64,000 nt of DNA from Octopus bimaculoides (GCF_001194135.2 NC_068981.1:70248397-70312396); one strand, 5' to 3'. Shown: positions 12,253 through 26,270, counted from the stretch's first letter. Made by a program: numbers and translations. Notes: generated by a model not told the origin, from the sequence alone.

Positions 12253-15200
12253 AGTGTGTGTATATATATATCATATGTATATGTATGTATGTACAAAATA
12301 TATAATTATATAAATATAATTATAGTAAAGGCACTAATGAACATGCTAGAGATAGACACAAAGTAGTTCTAAGAACTACATTTCTTAGAAGCATTTGGCT
12401 CTATTTCTAGCATCTGGTGCTACTCATTAGTGCCCTTACTATAATTATGTTTACATATGCATATATTTTGTATTAATTGTTATCTATTTGATTTATTACA
12501 TGCTGGCTACTTGATAAAAATCTTATATAGATTCTGTCCTTGATTATAAAGATATGTGTGTACATAGAAACATTATTGATGTCGCATACTTAATTTGCAT
12601 ACTTAAACGTTTTTGTTTTTTTTTTCCAGTTGCCGTATTTTGTTCATCGATACCGTATATTCGAGCCACTCGCGAAACGAATTCAAAATCGTCAAATTTG
12701 ATTTGAGTATATGTTATCGATGAGCGGAAATAATAGTGATATATCGACGTCCACCGTTCTCAATCAATTACAGTGCACCCGACTTCGTCTGGATTTAAAG
12801 TATGCTGTATTTTTTAACACTCAACGTCTTAAGGGGATTTTCTCTGGGCACAATATTGCAGCTGAAAAGCGTTTAAACAAAAGAAATACATTATGTATGT
12901 GGCATCAATGATATTTAATTAGATTTAATTCTATCTCAAAATCTTAAATGGATAGAGGGATGATTGCTTCTATGTTTTTAGATTATTTGAACAAGTTGCA
13001 ACCGTGAACAATTTAAACCATCCGAGGATTTCTGTGATGTAGTAATTATGCTAATGAGCAATTGTTATAAAGTTAAAGTTCGATTCCTTCAACAAACTTC
13101 GCTCTGTGGTACAGAATTAATTTCTCGCAAATTCATTATGTAATTTGTAATCCCCTAACAAATACCACCGTGAAAGAAGAACACCAAAGTTAAGACACAA
13201 AGGCTCTGAAGAACTCTACCACCACATGTTATATCGAACATCTTGAATAGTCTGATCACCATTATTGAGGCGTGGCCACACAGCACTACCTAATTTCTCT
13301 TCTTTGAGACTTCATGCAATGATGGCTTGGTGACAAAAGGAGCTAGATTCATGATAGTGACCTAATACCAAACCCGTATGAGAATTTCCCAGCAGTTGTA
13401 GCGTTGAAATGCTTTCCCTATATTGACATTCTCCCTCTAATGTGGCCAGCCCCTACTACATCCAGTCCAAATTTTCGTTCACCAGGCCAAGCCTTCATGA
13501 GCCGTTAGCACAATGCTCATATTTTTCTAACACTCTACAGATACGCAGTTAAGTGATGTTATTGATCTCTTGGTGATAGGATCAGCAGCACTATCGTAAT
13601 ATTTTCATTAATTTTATTGTTGCATATTATATCGTACTTTTTTCACGATATGCGGCGTGAGATTGCTCATCTTCCCAAACTTAAGAGACTGAGGCATTGA
13701 CTTCTAACTCTTAGTAAATTTGAGAATGAATAACAAGGGTTGGTTTATTTTCAAAGGGTTTACAACTCGCGAAAGAAAGGATTTGCTGAACATCTTACTG
13801 CAATGAAGCACAATTGATATCTCACAGTGACATTAATTTATACGTAGGATATCGCTGAATTCATTTTTACGAACCGGCACTACTATTCACAAATGTTGGT
13901 AATAAATAATATTAAACATACTGTATACAGCAAATATATATTTGCTTATTGCTGAATTGATTATTCACGAGAGAATTTATTTTGTTTGTATGTTTTACAA
14001 AAACATGAGCATACATAAAATTATTTTCTTGTGACTGTAGGTATTATAGGAACGGATATTTAAAATATTTCTTTTTACACATAAATTTATGTGTATGCCT
14101 GCGCCTATGTATGTATGTATTGCATGCATATATGTGTGTGTGTCAGCGTTTAAGTATGTATATGTGTATGCCAGTATATATNNNNNNNNNNNNNNNNNNN
14201 NNNNNNNNNNNNNNNNNNNNNNNNNNNNNNNNNNNNNNNNNNNNNNNNNNNNNNNNNNNNNNNNNNNNNNNNNNNNNNNNNNNNNNNNNNNNNNNNNNNN
14301 NNNNNNNNNNNNNNNNNNNNNNNNNNNNNNNNNNNNNNNNNNNNNNNNNNNNNNNNNNNNNNNNNNNNNNNNNNNNNNNNNNNNNNNNNNNNNNNATATA
14401 TATATATATATACGCATGTAAGACTTAAGTATTTAAGCCACCGCGTTTAGTCATAAAGCAGAGTTATATTCAACTTATGCGAACTTCAAACATCGCGTTA
14501 TAAGCTCAATTTTTGACATTTCCGGGAAAGTTTATCTCGCAGAAAGAAATAATCTAATCAGCATCGTACTTGCTACATAAAAGCGGCTATAGATTTTTCT
14601 CTCTTTCTCTATTTTTCTCATCTGCTATTTTCAAAAGAAAAAAGAACAATTTACAAAACATGATAAAATATACTTAGAATAAATTCTCTCTTCTAATGGG
14701 ATGACCTTAAGCTGAGGAAATGGAGAGTATAATATATACATACTCACACCTACCTTCACACACACACACACATATAATTTATGTAAAGTATCAAAAGAAA
14801 TATGAAACGAAAAATAAAATCAATATAACTGCAAACAAAATTTTGGATGCATATATTCATATTAGAGCAAATATTTTCCTCTCTATTTTTAAAAATAAAA
14901 TTAAAATACCCATGGTAACGAAGAAATAGAAGACAGCTAGAATGAAACATTCAACCGATTATAATTAGCTTTTATATAATTTAATGTTATTAATTAACTT
15001 TGACATTAGACGTATTAAGATATATTCGGTATTAAATGTATTATTAATATGTAGTACGACGCAAAATAATTTAACTTCAGATATACAGCATTTTCATTAC
15101 TAAATATGTAAAGAATTTGAATTTACAAATTACTGATTAAACAGAATTCGCTTATCATTCAGATATATTCTTTCTCTAATATTTGTGACTGATTAAGACG

Positions 15201-16635
15201 CTACTAATAATCAAGAAAAAATTTAAAAAGTAATATTTGATTTCAGATCTATTTAGAAGAAAATAAATTCAGTTCTCGCCTATAAGATTCGATAAATGAA
15301 GTGATGCTTATAAAACCATGGAATAATTTGCATGGTTATGAACGATTGGCTTTCTCAAAGCACAGCGAGATTAAGAAAAGTGATATATGCTTTCTTTATT
15401 GATGTATAGTTTACCTCTTACCATATGCCAAACATTTCTCATATGATTTTAATCAGATATAAAAAACAATGTTCGTAATAATATTCTAACTACCGTTCAA
15501 GTAATCTAATGAAATGAAAATATTTTAAAGTTTGAAACATTACAGAAAACCATGTGTTTGTCGGCCATATACCCCTAAACAGGAAGATTTCAGAAAATAG
15601 GTCTAAAATAAAAATATATTTAGCAGAAACTGAGAGAATTTTAAAATCTTACCGATTATATTCTTATATTCTTACCGATTTCATAGAAGAGTGATTATAT
15701 TATGACCTAAACTAACAATAGAACTTGCTGCAAGTTCTATTATCTGTGTTTGAATGTGCTTTTGGAAAATATTTGTTGTTGTAAAGGCAAAGACAGCAAC
15801 AATAATGGAAACGCTGCTCTCAAGATGAGAGGATACAAACTGTCTAACGCTCGCCCAATAAGTTTGTACGCTTAGCATATACTGATTATTAATAATCTCT
15901 ATTAAAACAATACATATATTTTCATGAACGATAAGTGCATAAATGAACACTTGCATTCGTTCGCATTGGTTAAAATAAAGGATATTTCTACGCCAGTTAC
16001 AAAATATCATAGATACATCGTTATAGATACATTGCTAGTTGAATCGGTTATAACAGTTTGCTGATCTTATCAATAAATTGGATGAAAGGGAAATATTAAT
16101 AACATAAATATGAAATAAAACTTTTTAACAGGAAAAATATCAAAGAGATTCTTGAAATAAAATCAAATTAATTTATGTTACTTGATATAATTTTGTGTAT
16201 CAATTCGATAATTTGTTTCGTTTTATATTCATTATGTTTTGCTTTCATTATAAATATGATTTTCATATTTAATATCAAACAAAGTAATATTCCATCCATA
16301 GCAATTTAATAGAGCACTTTGCGAACGAATTTTGATTTTCGAAATATATCAAGTAATTTTCGTTAGTTTACGAAATGCCGCCATAATTTATTCTATCATT
16401 GTAATTGAGTTGTGATTAGATATATAGCAAAAATAGGAATCAATAAAAAGATTAATTTACTCAAAATATTTTAACATTCCTTTAAACATTTCATAATAGA
16501 TTCCTAATCACAGAAATGCCTAATATTTGTACTAGATGCTTTAATGGCTTATACTTTAAATATTTGCACAACTATATACTGAGCATACATGCATAGATAT
16601 TTACACAAACACATATGTATACACACACACACACA

Positions 16636-16713
<78 letters not shown>

Positions 16714-18124
16714 GTCTTATGCATGTATATATACATATACATATATTCACGTTAAATATATATATGTGTATGTATAAATATACATACATTTACACACAAG
16801 TATACACAGAAATACTCATCGAAATTGTGAGAGACAGAGAGTGAGTATAGAGAAAATATAGAATATATGTAGATTAATTTCTACTATCGAATGTCACGAC
16901 GTTTTGAATGTACATTTGTATAATTATAGGCAACATATTTGCAGAGTTTTTAGAACATAGAAAGCATGCAATATTTGTTCTTAAATTCTGCGCTCTATGT
17001 ATAACTTCGCCATTTAATTTTTCTGGATCCATAACGTATTAGTCCAAAGCCATATATCAGTTAAATTGTTGGAGCGATAGAGAGATGCCTGGAAATTTAT
17101 GCTCCTCTGCTTTGCCTCTGGCGTTCCAATTTGCTCCCTTTTACAGTTTCTGATGACACTACTGGAAGTCCCTGAAAATTTAAAAATTAACCGAAAATCA
17201 TATAAAACCACAAGCTAATTGATGAAATATATTATATATCGAATTTAGAAATTCTAATATATTACATTCTTTCCGTTGCTGTTTCTTTGCTCCAGTATTA
17301 AAAGTGGAGATGTCCTTCGCGTTAAGATTAAATAAAATGGAATGCTTACATAATAATAATTTATATTAATTGTTTTGACAGTTGTTTCGTAATTTGCATA
17401 CAGTTGCATCAGCGACGCTAAGACATCGACGCAATCTATCAATATGCAATAAGATGTACAAGTATAAATATATAGTTACTGTTATGCTGAAACAATGATT
17501 AATAAGATTTTGTTTATCAGATCTTTGCATGGGCTGTAAATATTCAACATTGCTGATGTAAATGTATATAGATTACAATACATCTGGCAAGAAATATAAT
17601 AAATATATCAGGTCTCTATTCTGTAACACTTCAAAACTATTATGCTCACACTACCATTGTAAGCCCAGGATTTCCGAAGGACAGCAACGTCATAGATGTG
17701 TGTTTTTGTTTGTGCGTATGTACATGTGTGTGAGTGTGTGGATGTGTGCGCGTAAATATTTACGCATATAACTATATTTAGATATGTACATATATATAAA
17801 TACATATCCATATTTATAAAATTCAAATTTATTAGAAAAACAAAAGCTGAAGACAGGTGTAGGAGCAACAAACAAGTACATTAGTTTAACGTTCGGGAGA
17901 GTGGAAAAGTATTTTACGTTTCGAACCTACGCACTTCGACAGAAAGGGATAAGAGGAAAAAAATGGAGAGAGAATGAAAAAAATCGGTGAGAGAAAAAAT
18001 GCGTTGTGATCAGCGGTTTAACATGGCGAGAGGATTGGAAAAAAGATGTTGAATGAAAGGGAGATAATAAAAACAGAGGTTGAATACGAGGGAGATAATC
18101 GTGATCCCGACGAAATGAGGCGCG

Positions 18125-18690
18125 CTAGCGTGTATGGTGTGTGTATTATGTGTATGTGAATGGGGGATGAGTGAGTCTGACGTGTGTGTGTTCGTGCGTG
18201 TGTGTAACGTGTGTGTGTTGTGCGCAGCAGTTGATGTGTACACATGTGTATGTATAAGTATAGGTCTCTGTGATCAAATAATGTGCATGTGTATAGCATA
18301 TGTTTGTGGGTGAAAGTTATCTTCGTGCGTGTGGCGTGAGTATATGCGTGTTGTGTGTATGTGTATATATTGTCTGTGTTTAGGTATTATGTGCTTGTGT
18401 AGGTGTGGGAGTATATATTGTCTGTGTTCAGTTATTATGTGCTTGTGTGGATGTGGTAGTGTGCATGATGGTGTGTGTTGTGTGTGTACTGAGTTAAACT
18501 GCGTGTGGCTTCTCGTATAGTGGTATGTGTGGTAACGCTGTTGAAGATTGTGTGTGAATGTGTGGAAAATGGCGTGCAGTGGGGTGCTGAGAAGTGGTCA
18601 GTGCCAGTATGTGTGGAGTGGGGAGGCGCTGCGGGTGGCAGTGTAATGGTGTATGAAGTGAGTGATGAGTTGAATAATGTGTATGGGTGT
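18125..18690. repeat. Strand-skewed TG-rich cryptic simple sequence with an internal ~48-bp duplication
   Basis: Degenerate (TG)n; tatatattgtctgtgtt.ag.tattatgtgcttgtgt occurs at ~18364 and ~18412. Confidence 0.75.
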
Positions 18691-19138
18691 TGACAGTGGT
18701 ACATGTAAAGTTTCGGAAGAATTTTATAGATGTATTCTTATATTGCATCATAACATAAATACACCATCTTCAGGTAGAATTTTAAACAGGTATAAACAGA
18801 CACGTTAAAACCTGATGATGAACTATCCAACAAATAATAAAGATACAGAAATGATATTTTAAAAGATATCATTAGAATTTATAGAGTTTTGAGAAGTATA
18901 ACGGAGGGGCGAGAAGTAATGAAATCAAAACAAGCCTATTCTTTCAAGTCATTATCTTAATTAGCTTATAGACAGGATACAGGCGGGATAGCCAAAACAT
19001 TTCTAGGAAAATAGATTCTCGGGACAGTGAGATAAAGAAACAGAACTTGAAGCATCAGAATGATGAAAAACTGTCATTACCATTTCGAGCTAGTTGACAC
19101 ACGTACAGATATATATACTCGTATACATTCATATAAAT

Positions 19139-19177
<39 letters not shown>

Positions 19178-19420
19178 NNNNNNNNNNNNNNNNNNNNNNN
19201 NNNNNNNNNNNNNNNNNNNNNNNNNNNNNNNNNNNNNNNNNNNNNNNNNNNNNNNNNNNNNNNNNNNNNNNNNNNNNNNNNNNNNNNNNNNNNNNNNNNN
19301 NNNNNNNNNNNNNNNNNNNNNNNNNNNNNNNNNNNNNNNNNNNNNNNNNNNNNNNNNNNNNNNNNNNNNNNNNNNNNNNNNNNNNNNNNNNNNNNNNNNN
19401 NNNNNNNNNNNNNNNNNNNN

Positions 19421-19473
<53 letters not shown>

Positions 19474-20684
19474 GACTTGCATACATATTTCTACAAACGC
19501 ACATATATTTTACACATGCACGTTTATGCTCTCACGCACAAAAACGTGTCTGTGTGTGTGTGTGTGTAAAGACTTCGACCTACACGCACACTCCTCCACA
19601 TTTATACAGTTATATAGGTATGTAAAAGAAATAGTATTACATAATGCAAAAATAAGCACAAAATATATTCGAGTATATGAAACAGTAGACAGAAAGCTCG
19701 GAAACCATAAGTTGGACTGTTAAATATTTCGCCATTTATGGAATATAGACGTTGCAGACAATTATAATAAGAAAGCGTAACCAAGAGGCCAATCACAATA
19801 TCTACGATCTTACTCAACAATACCTAGATAATATACTTAACTACGTTAGAGATTATGCAGCTGGTTTAAAATATGAATATTTTTTCTAATATAATGCAAT
19901 TCATCTAATTTCATGAGACTTATGTAAGTTATTACCTGAATATTTCAGAATTTCCTGTAATTCAGCACAGGAAAGTGTGCACCCATACCTATCATTTGAA
20001 TAGGGAAATACATGTTTTCTTATTTTCCAAGCAACTAGGAATTTAATTTTTCTTTTTATTCCCATCTTTTTTTTACTGTGGGGAATGAAACTTCAACTTT
20101 ATTACGATCATTGAAAGAAACGAATGATTGAAAAATCTCTTCTTGAAGGTACATAAAATTGTTTGGGTTAGTTATTACGTCACATTCATATATAATACTC
20201 TTAGTTAAGGATAATTTATATAGAGGACATTTTGTTTTTACAATTACATAATTTAGAAGATGTATGGTCATTAGTGCTGCTAGTGCTATTCAAGGAACGT
20301 ATAGAATGCGAGTATTTTTAGATCCGACATAATTATCCTCGTTATAACAGACGGTGTGATTGTCATTACTAGTGACTGCCAATACTAGTAAGAGTACTAC
20401 CATTAAAACTCTTGAAGTTAAAACAGTTACCTTGATCATTTATGGTTGCATAGTCTATATTGACACTAGAATCGGTGCGGTTGATTTTCAAGTTGGTTGC
20501 GTTATTCTCAACGATAGATTTAAGTATTTGCCCGTCACTCCCAACACTGCTCGTGCTATACAGGTCTTTAATATTGTTACACATTGGTGTAACATACTGA
20601 CATACTGAGATGCTGAAGAAGTCAGCTGACAGACAATAACATGACTGCTGCTATTGGCTATTTGAACGTATCAAAATTACCTAT

Positions 20685-20945
20685 TAGGTGCAGGAGTGGC
20701 TGTATTTAGGCGCAGGAGTGGCTGTATTTAGGCGCAGGAGTGTCTGTATTTAGGCGCAGGAGTGGCTGTGTGGTAAGTGACCTGCTTACCAACAACAACG
20801 TTCTGGGTTCAGTTCCACTACGTGGTATCTTGGACAAGTGTCTTCTACTATAGCCACGGGCCGACCAAAGCCTTGTGAGTGGATTTGGTAGACAGACACT
20901 GAAAGAAGCCCGTCGTATATGTGTGTGTGTGTGTGTGTCTTTGTG

Positions 20946-20997
<52 letters not shown>

Positions 20998-21185
20998 TCA
21001 CCCCCAACATCGCTTGACAACCAATGCTGGTGTATTTATGTCCACGTAACTTAGCGTTTCGATAAAAGAGACCGATAGTATAAGTACTATACTTACAAAG
21101 AATAAGTCCTGGAGTCGATTTGCTCGATTTGGTGTGGTGCTCCAGCATGGCCGCAGTCAAATGACTGACACAAATAAAAGAATAT
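20685..21185 (+). mobile_element. Full-length CORE-type tRNA SINE (family D; octopus OR-like) with internal (TG)n and a quadruplicated 5' end
   Basis: Head ggagtggctgtgtggtaag...gggttcagttcc; CORE-like cttggacaagtgtcttctactatagc; internal TG run ~20916-20995; 3' ccgcagtcaaatgactgacacaaataaaag. The OR-like family name is from memory of octopus CORE-SINEs. Confidence 0.85.
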
Positions 21186-21479
21186 TACAAAATTACTAGT
21201 ATTCCTAACTTGAAAGTCAGTGTTATAGATACAATTCTCATCATTATTGGCGCTGCTAGCACCAGCAACACCATCAAATCAACAATTATTATTGTGAATG
21301 AAATTCTGAAATATATCGTAACAAAAAACATCACAGAAACAAATAATTTCATCAAGGCAGTAAGTATTGTTGCAGCGAGCACAAGAAGGATGCTGAATAG
21401 TTTGCAAGAACTGAAACAGACAGTTATCTGTCCAAAATAGGCTGAAGTAGTCATTTCAGTTAGGGAAGCGGAGGAAATC

Positions 21480-23384
21480 AGTAATAAATGGGAACTAGAA
21501 GTCCCCGGGACCAGATGGAGTTCAAGGTTACTGGATCAAATGATTTGATGAATATCATGCACGAATAGCTACCCAACTCAACACCTTGTTAAATACCAAC
21601 CAAGTATCACCAGAGTAGTAGACAATGGGTAGGACAGTGCTGTGCTTGAAACAACATCGAAAAAGGCAATACGGTTAGCAATTACAGGTCGATATCCTGC
21701 TTGCCAATTTTGTGGAAATTATTGACTGGAATACTCGCAGAATCAATGTAGGGACATCTGGAAAACAAAAAGGAGTCCTGCCATATGAACAGAAGGGTTG
21801 CAAGTGTAAGTTCAGAAGTACCAAGCATCAGCTCCTGGTAGACAAAACTCCATTCAGAAACTGCAAGAGGAGGAAAATTAACTTAGCCATGTCATGGATA
21901 GATTATCGTAAGGCGTACGATATGATCCCACATTCTTCGATTATGGAATTTATGAACTTATTTGGTATTGCATCGAATGTTGAGCGATTGCTTGGAAAAT
22001 AGTATGGTGAAGTGAAGGACGGAACTGACAGCATATGGAAGAAGTTTAGGGACAATAGAAATCAGGAGAGGCATCATCCAAGAGGACTGCTTGTCCCCAC
22101 TGATCTTTGTACAGTGCATGATACAACAAACACTGATTCTGAGGAAAGCAAACGCTGGGTATTTATTTAAGAGCCGCCAACAAAATGTCAATCCTTTGTT
22201 ATTCATCGATAACCTGAAAATTTATGTTAAAGATGAATCCCAAGTTAGTTCCCTCGTTGATACAGTGTATAATTTTAGTGCTGATATCAGACTGGAGTTC
22301 CGACGAAGAACGTATGGTTTGTTAATCTTAAAGAGAGGCCAAACCAAATGTATTCACGGGATAGCGATACCGCCGTGTGAAGTGATGAACCAGATAAAAG
22401 AGACGGGCTACACGTACTTAAAGATTTTAAAAACTGATGGACAATGAAATGACAGAAAACTTTAAGATGGAGTACTTGCAAAGTCTCTACCTTAATTAAA
22501 CGGACGGAATAAGATTGAAACTATCAACAAATGGGCGGTTTCACTCCTTAGATACGAAGCAGTGGTAATCGTATGGAGAGTAGGCGAACAAAACAGCTTA
22601 GGCAGAAGGACAAGGAAGTTGCTAACTAGATATGGGATACTCTACCAAAAAGGGACACAGACAGACCGTATATACAAAGAAAAAGAGGAGAAAAAAGACT
22701 GATTGGATGCGAATACAGCATTAGACCAGAAGAAAACAACATAGCATGGTATGTAAAAAATACCACAGAACCGCTACTATTAGAAGTAGGATGGGATATT
22801 GAAAAGATAAAGCTCTGTACAAGTACTTGACAATGAATGAAACTGAAAATAGGTGGATAAAGAAAAGAATGCATGGACAATTTCATAGGGACGTTGAAGA
22901 TAAGACAGAGAACAAAAAAGATGGCTATGGATGACTAACTGTGATTTAAAACCAGAAACGGAGGCACTAATCTGTGTTGCCCAAGAGCAAGCATTAAGAT
23001 CCAATTACATCAAACAAAGAATAGACAACACATTAGAAAGTGATAAGTGTGGAATTTGTGGACAAAGCGGTGAAACCGTATGGCATATTACCAGTTAATG
23101 TACACCACTATCCCAGAAAGAATATGAGAGACGAGGGGACAATATAGCAAGGATTGTCTATTGGAGACTTAACAACAAGTATGAACTTGACAGACCAAAA
23201 AATTGCTATGAACATAAAACCGAAGACGTCATAAAGAATGATAATGCAAAGTTCCTATTGGATTTTATGACTCAGTGCGACTATGAGACAGAGAATAGGA
23301 AGCCAAACATAGTGTTGATAGAGAAAGAAAGCAAACGATGCTGGATCATAGACATAGCATGCCCAGCTGACAACAAAGTATGCG
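21480..23384 (+). mobile_element. R4/Dong-type LINE ORF fragment (RT to restriction-like endonuclease), decayed
   Basis: 'KSPGPDGVQGYWIK', '[18 protein letters not shown]', '[14 protein letters not shown]', '[17 protein letters not shown]', 'LSPLIF', 'LLFIDNLKIY', 'LHGQFHRDVE', 'CGICGQSGETVWHI', 'RKPNIVLIEK..CWIIDIACPAD'. Confidence 0.9.
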
Positions 23385-23438
23385 TAGTGAATAGCTGACA
23401 CCGTACATCTCCAGCGTTAGAAGCTGTGCAAAGAAAAC

Positions 23439-23494
<56 letters not shown>

Positions 23495-23746
23495 GTGAAA
23501 TACTGTCTATGTGATCTCAAATTTTAAAGCAAACATAATTTTCTTATGGTTTCTTAAACATTCACTTAGAACAAAACTGTACAAATACAAATATATGGTA
23601 CCCTAGGCATAACACCTACNNNNNNNNNNAGATATATGGTACCCTAGGCATAACACCTACATGAACTTCTAACTTGTTGTCTCTTGAGGTCTCTGGGTGA
23701 GACTTGGATCCAACTTGTACAAATGCAAAACAAAAGTCAAACATAA

Positions 23747-23790
<44 letters not shown>
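23385..23790 (+). mobile_element. Two further Dong-like 3' ends, each with a (TAA)n tail
   Basis: X-type end at 23385-23437 plus (TAA)n to ~23492; a second end ttgtctcttgaggtctctgggtgagacttgg (similar to cccaaggactctgagtgtgtctcgg at ~10708) plus (TAA)n at ~23748-23790. Confidence 0.6.
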
Positions 23791-23792
<2 letters not shown>

Positions 23793-25988
23793 TGTAAACG
23801 AAGTAGATGTAATAGGAAAAGCTATATCACAAGAATACGATGATGACCAACAAGGCATAGAGAGGATGCTGTGCCGATATATTAAAGAAGACCAGAATCA
23901 AACCCCCACCCCAACTTGAGGTATAATGATCGATGCACGCTCGAGGTTGAAACTGAAAAGATAAATTCGGTTCTTGGGGCTATTCCAGACGAGAAATATA
24001 ACTGAAACTAACAAGATTATTTGGATTGCATGTATGGTTGCTGCAGATAGTGTTGGATACAAAGGAAAATAATCAGAACCTCAAGAACCATACTGGCGTA
24101 GACGAATTTTTGAGAAACATTTAAAAATATATTTCGGACAAGTTGGTAGATTGAGAACAGAGGAATTTCAAAACGAAAGCTTAAGAATAATGCTGGAAAG
24201 AACATATAGAATGAGAGATAAAGTTTATGATGTGATATTGGGAGAATTGAAACAAAGGGTAGTCACAACAAAGCAAAAATGGAAAGATATGACAAGAGAA
24301 AAATCAGTTCAGGCATAACAGATTGTTTGAAGCAAATCAGAAGATGCTGATTCAAGAACTAAATGGCAAATACACGTAACAATGATGCCAGATGCAGCGA
24401 AAGCTAGGTATTCTGGAGAGGGATCTGGGACCAACCTGTAGAGCATAATGATGAAGCGCAGTGGCTCCATGATATCCAAGATAGGTTAAGAAATATAGAG
24501 GTCCAAGAAGAAAAAGATAACTACAGAAATGAAAAAAAGCAGTTAAGAAAATTCTCAAACTTAAAGAGCCCAAGGGTATTGGATGTAGAAGCTGACAGGG
24601 CTCTATGAATGGATAGTACAACAGCTATATGAGGGCTTTCAGGAATTAACTGTCCCCTGCTGGATGACGAAGAAAAAGACATTGTTATTTTCCAGGGAGC
24701 CTGAAAAGGGAAATGCCGCATCCAACTTTAGACGAATAACATAACATACCTTCCGCTAATGTGGAAACTAATGTCAGGTGCTTTGGCCGGTGTACAGATA
24801 CTTGGTAAAAAGTGGGCTACTACCCATTGAACAGAAAAAAGGAGCCGAAAAGGGAGCTGGGGAACTAAGGATCGGCTCTTAATTGATAATCTAATTATCA
24901 GGAACTGCAAGAAAAGACATACAAATCTGAGTATGACATGGCTTGATTATCGCAAAGAATACGATATGATATCACACTCCTAGATAATATGAACAATGGA
25001 AATTTATGGAGTAGCAAACAATATGAGAACCTTATACGGAATAGCACGAGATGCTAGAGAACGGAATTAACAGCAGCGAAGCATGTACTAGAAGGAATCT
25101 TCCAAGGGAACAGTGTGTCCCCACTGATATTCGTGCTGGGAATGATCCCTTTGAGGGAAATCTTACAGAAAACAAAGTTGGGGTATGATCTGAGAAGAGG
25201 TAAGGGAAAACTAAATCACATGCTATTCATTGTTGACCTGAGGCATAACTAGACAACCTAGTCCACTGTGCGGATTTTCTCCAATGATATTAAGATGGAG
25301 TTTGGACTCTCAGAATGTGCCATGATGGTGATGAGACAAGGAAAGCTTACCAGGACAGAAAGCATATGGTTGCCAAGTGGTGAAACGATGAAGGCAATTC
25401 AACCTCAATACAGCAATAAATACAAGGGAATACTTGAAGCAGGTGGAATCAAACACCATGACATGAAAGAAAGGACAAAAAGATAGTTCCTGCAGCGATT
25501 CAGAAAAATATTGGCTTCAAAGCAGAATGCCAGGAATATAATTTCGGCAATAAACTCTGGAGCAATCGCTGTAGTTCTGTTGACGCTGGAATCCTGAAGT
25601 GGACAGAGGAGGAGCTAAAGGAGTTGGACAAGAAGTCAAGAAAGCTCATCATCCACATGCAGACACTGATCGCCTATGCATGAAGAGATTAAATGTAGAA
25701 AGGGTACTGACAAGTGTGGAAGACTGCGTGCATATTGAACACAAGAGCTTAATGAGAAACCGAGCCCAAAGTAAGGAAACCTTGATAGTGACATTTACGA
25801 AGAATGAGGGAATATTGAGAGCAGAAAAAAGGAGAAAACAAAGGAAGAAGTATAAAAAGGACATGAAGAAGAATTACGCAAGAAGGGACTACACAATCAA
25901 TTCCATGTAGCCAGAACAGAAGTGGCTGGAAAAATTAAGTGGTTTTGGCTGATAAAAGGAACCCTGAAAAAGAGACCGCAAGCACTAT
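23791..25988 (+). mobile_element. R4/Dong-type LINE fragment (pre-RT region and RT), starting directly after a (TAA)n run
   Basis: 'EKGNAASNFRRIT', 'YLPLMWKLMSG', 'GTKDRLLIDN..RNCKKRHTNLSMTWLDYRKEYDMISHS', 'GIFQGNSVSPLIF', 'DIKMEFGLSECA', 'HPHADTDRL'. Its end (25846-25988) is homologous to 9778-9920. Confidence 0.88.
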
Positions 25989-26270
25989 AAATAATAATAA
26001 TCCTTTCTACTAAAGTATTTCACTGGTTCTTATTGTATCGACCCCGAATGATGAAAGGCAAAGTCGACCTCGGCGGAATTACAACTCTTTATCTTCTGAG
26101 TTCAAATTCCACCGAGGTCGACTTTGCCTTTCATCCATTCGGGGTCCATAAATCAAGTATCAGTGGAACATTGGTGTCTACATAATCAACTATCCTCATC
26201 ACCAAAATTTCAGAAAGGATTGTTAATGTTGTTGTTACTATTATTATTGACGCTATGTGCATTGCTACTG
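25989..26270. mobile_element. Head-to-head pair of SINE family A copies forming a hairpin
   Basis: atcgaccccgaatgatgaaaggcaaagtcgacctcggcggaatt (26037-26080) is the reverse complement of aattccaccgaggtcgactttgcctttcatccattcggggtccat (26105-26149), apart from a few mismatches. Confidence 0.85.

Noticed and set aside
12630-12911. Plus-strand acceptor (tttttccag) and a short ORF
   Set aside because: All frames stop within about 30 codons of the acceptor, and there is no recognisable product or partner exon.
18706-18776. Minus-strand CTGAAGA...GAAA hammerhead candidate
   Set aside because: No stem III or NUH cleavage triplet follows GAAA, and stem II pairing is poor.
23591-23660. 29-bp direct repeat as a TSD or tandem duplication
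   Set aside because: The copies (23591-23619, 23632-23660) flank a 10-N gap, typical of an unmerged contig overlap.
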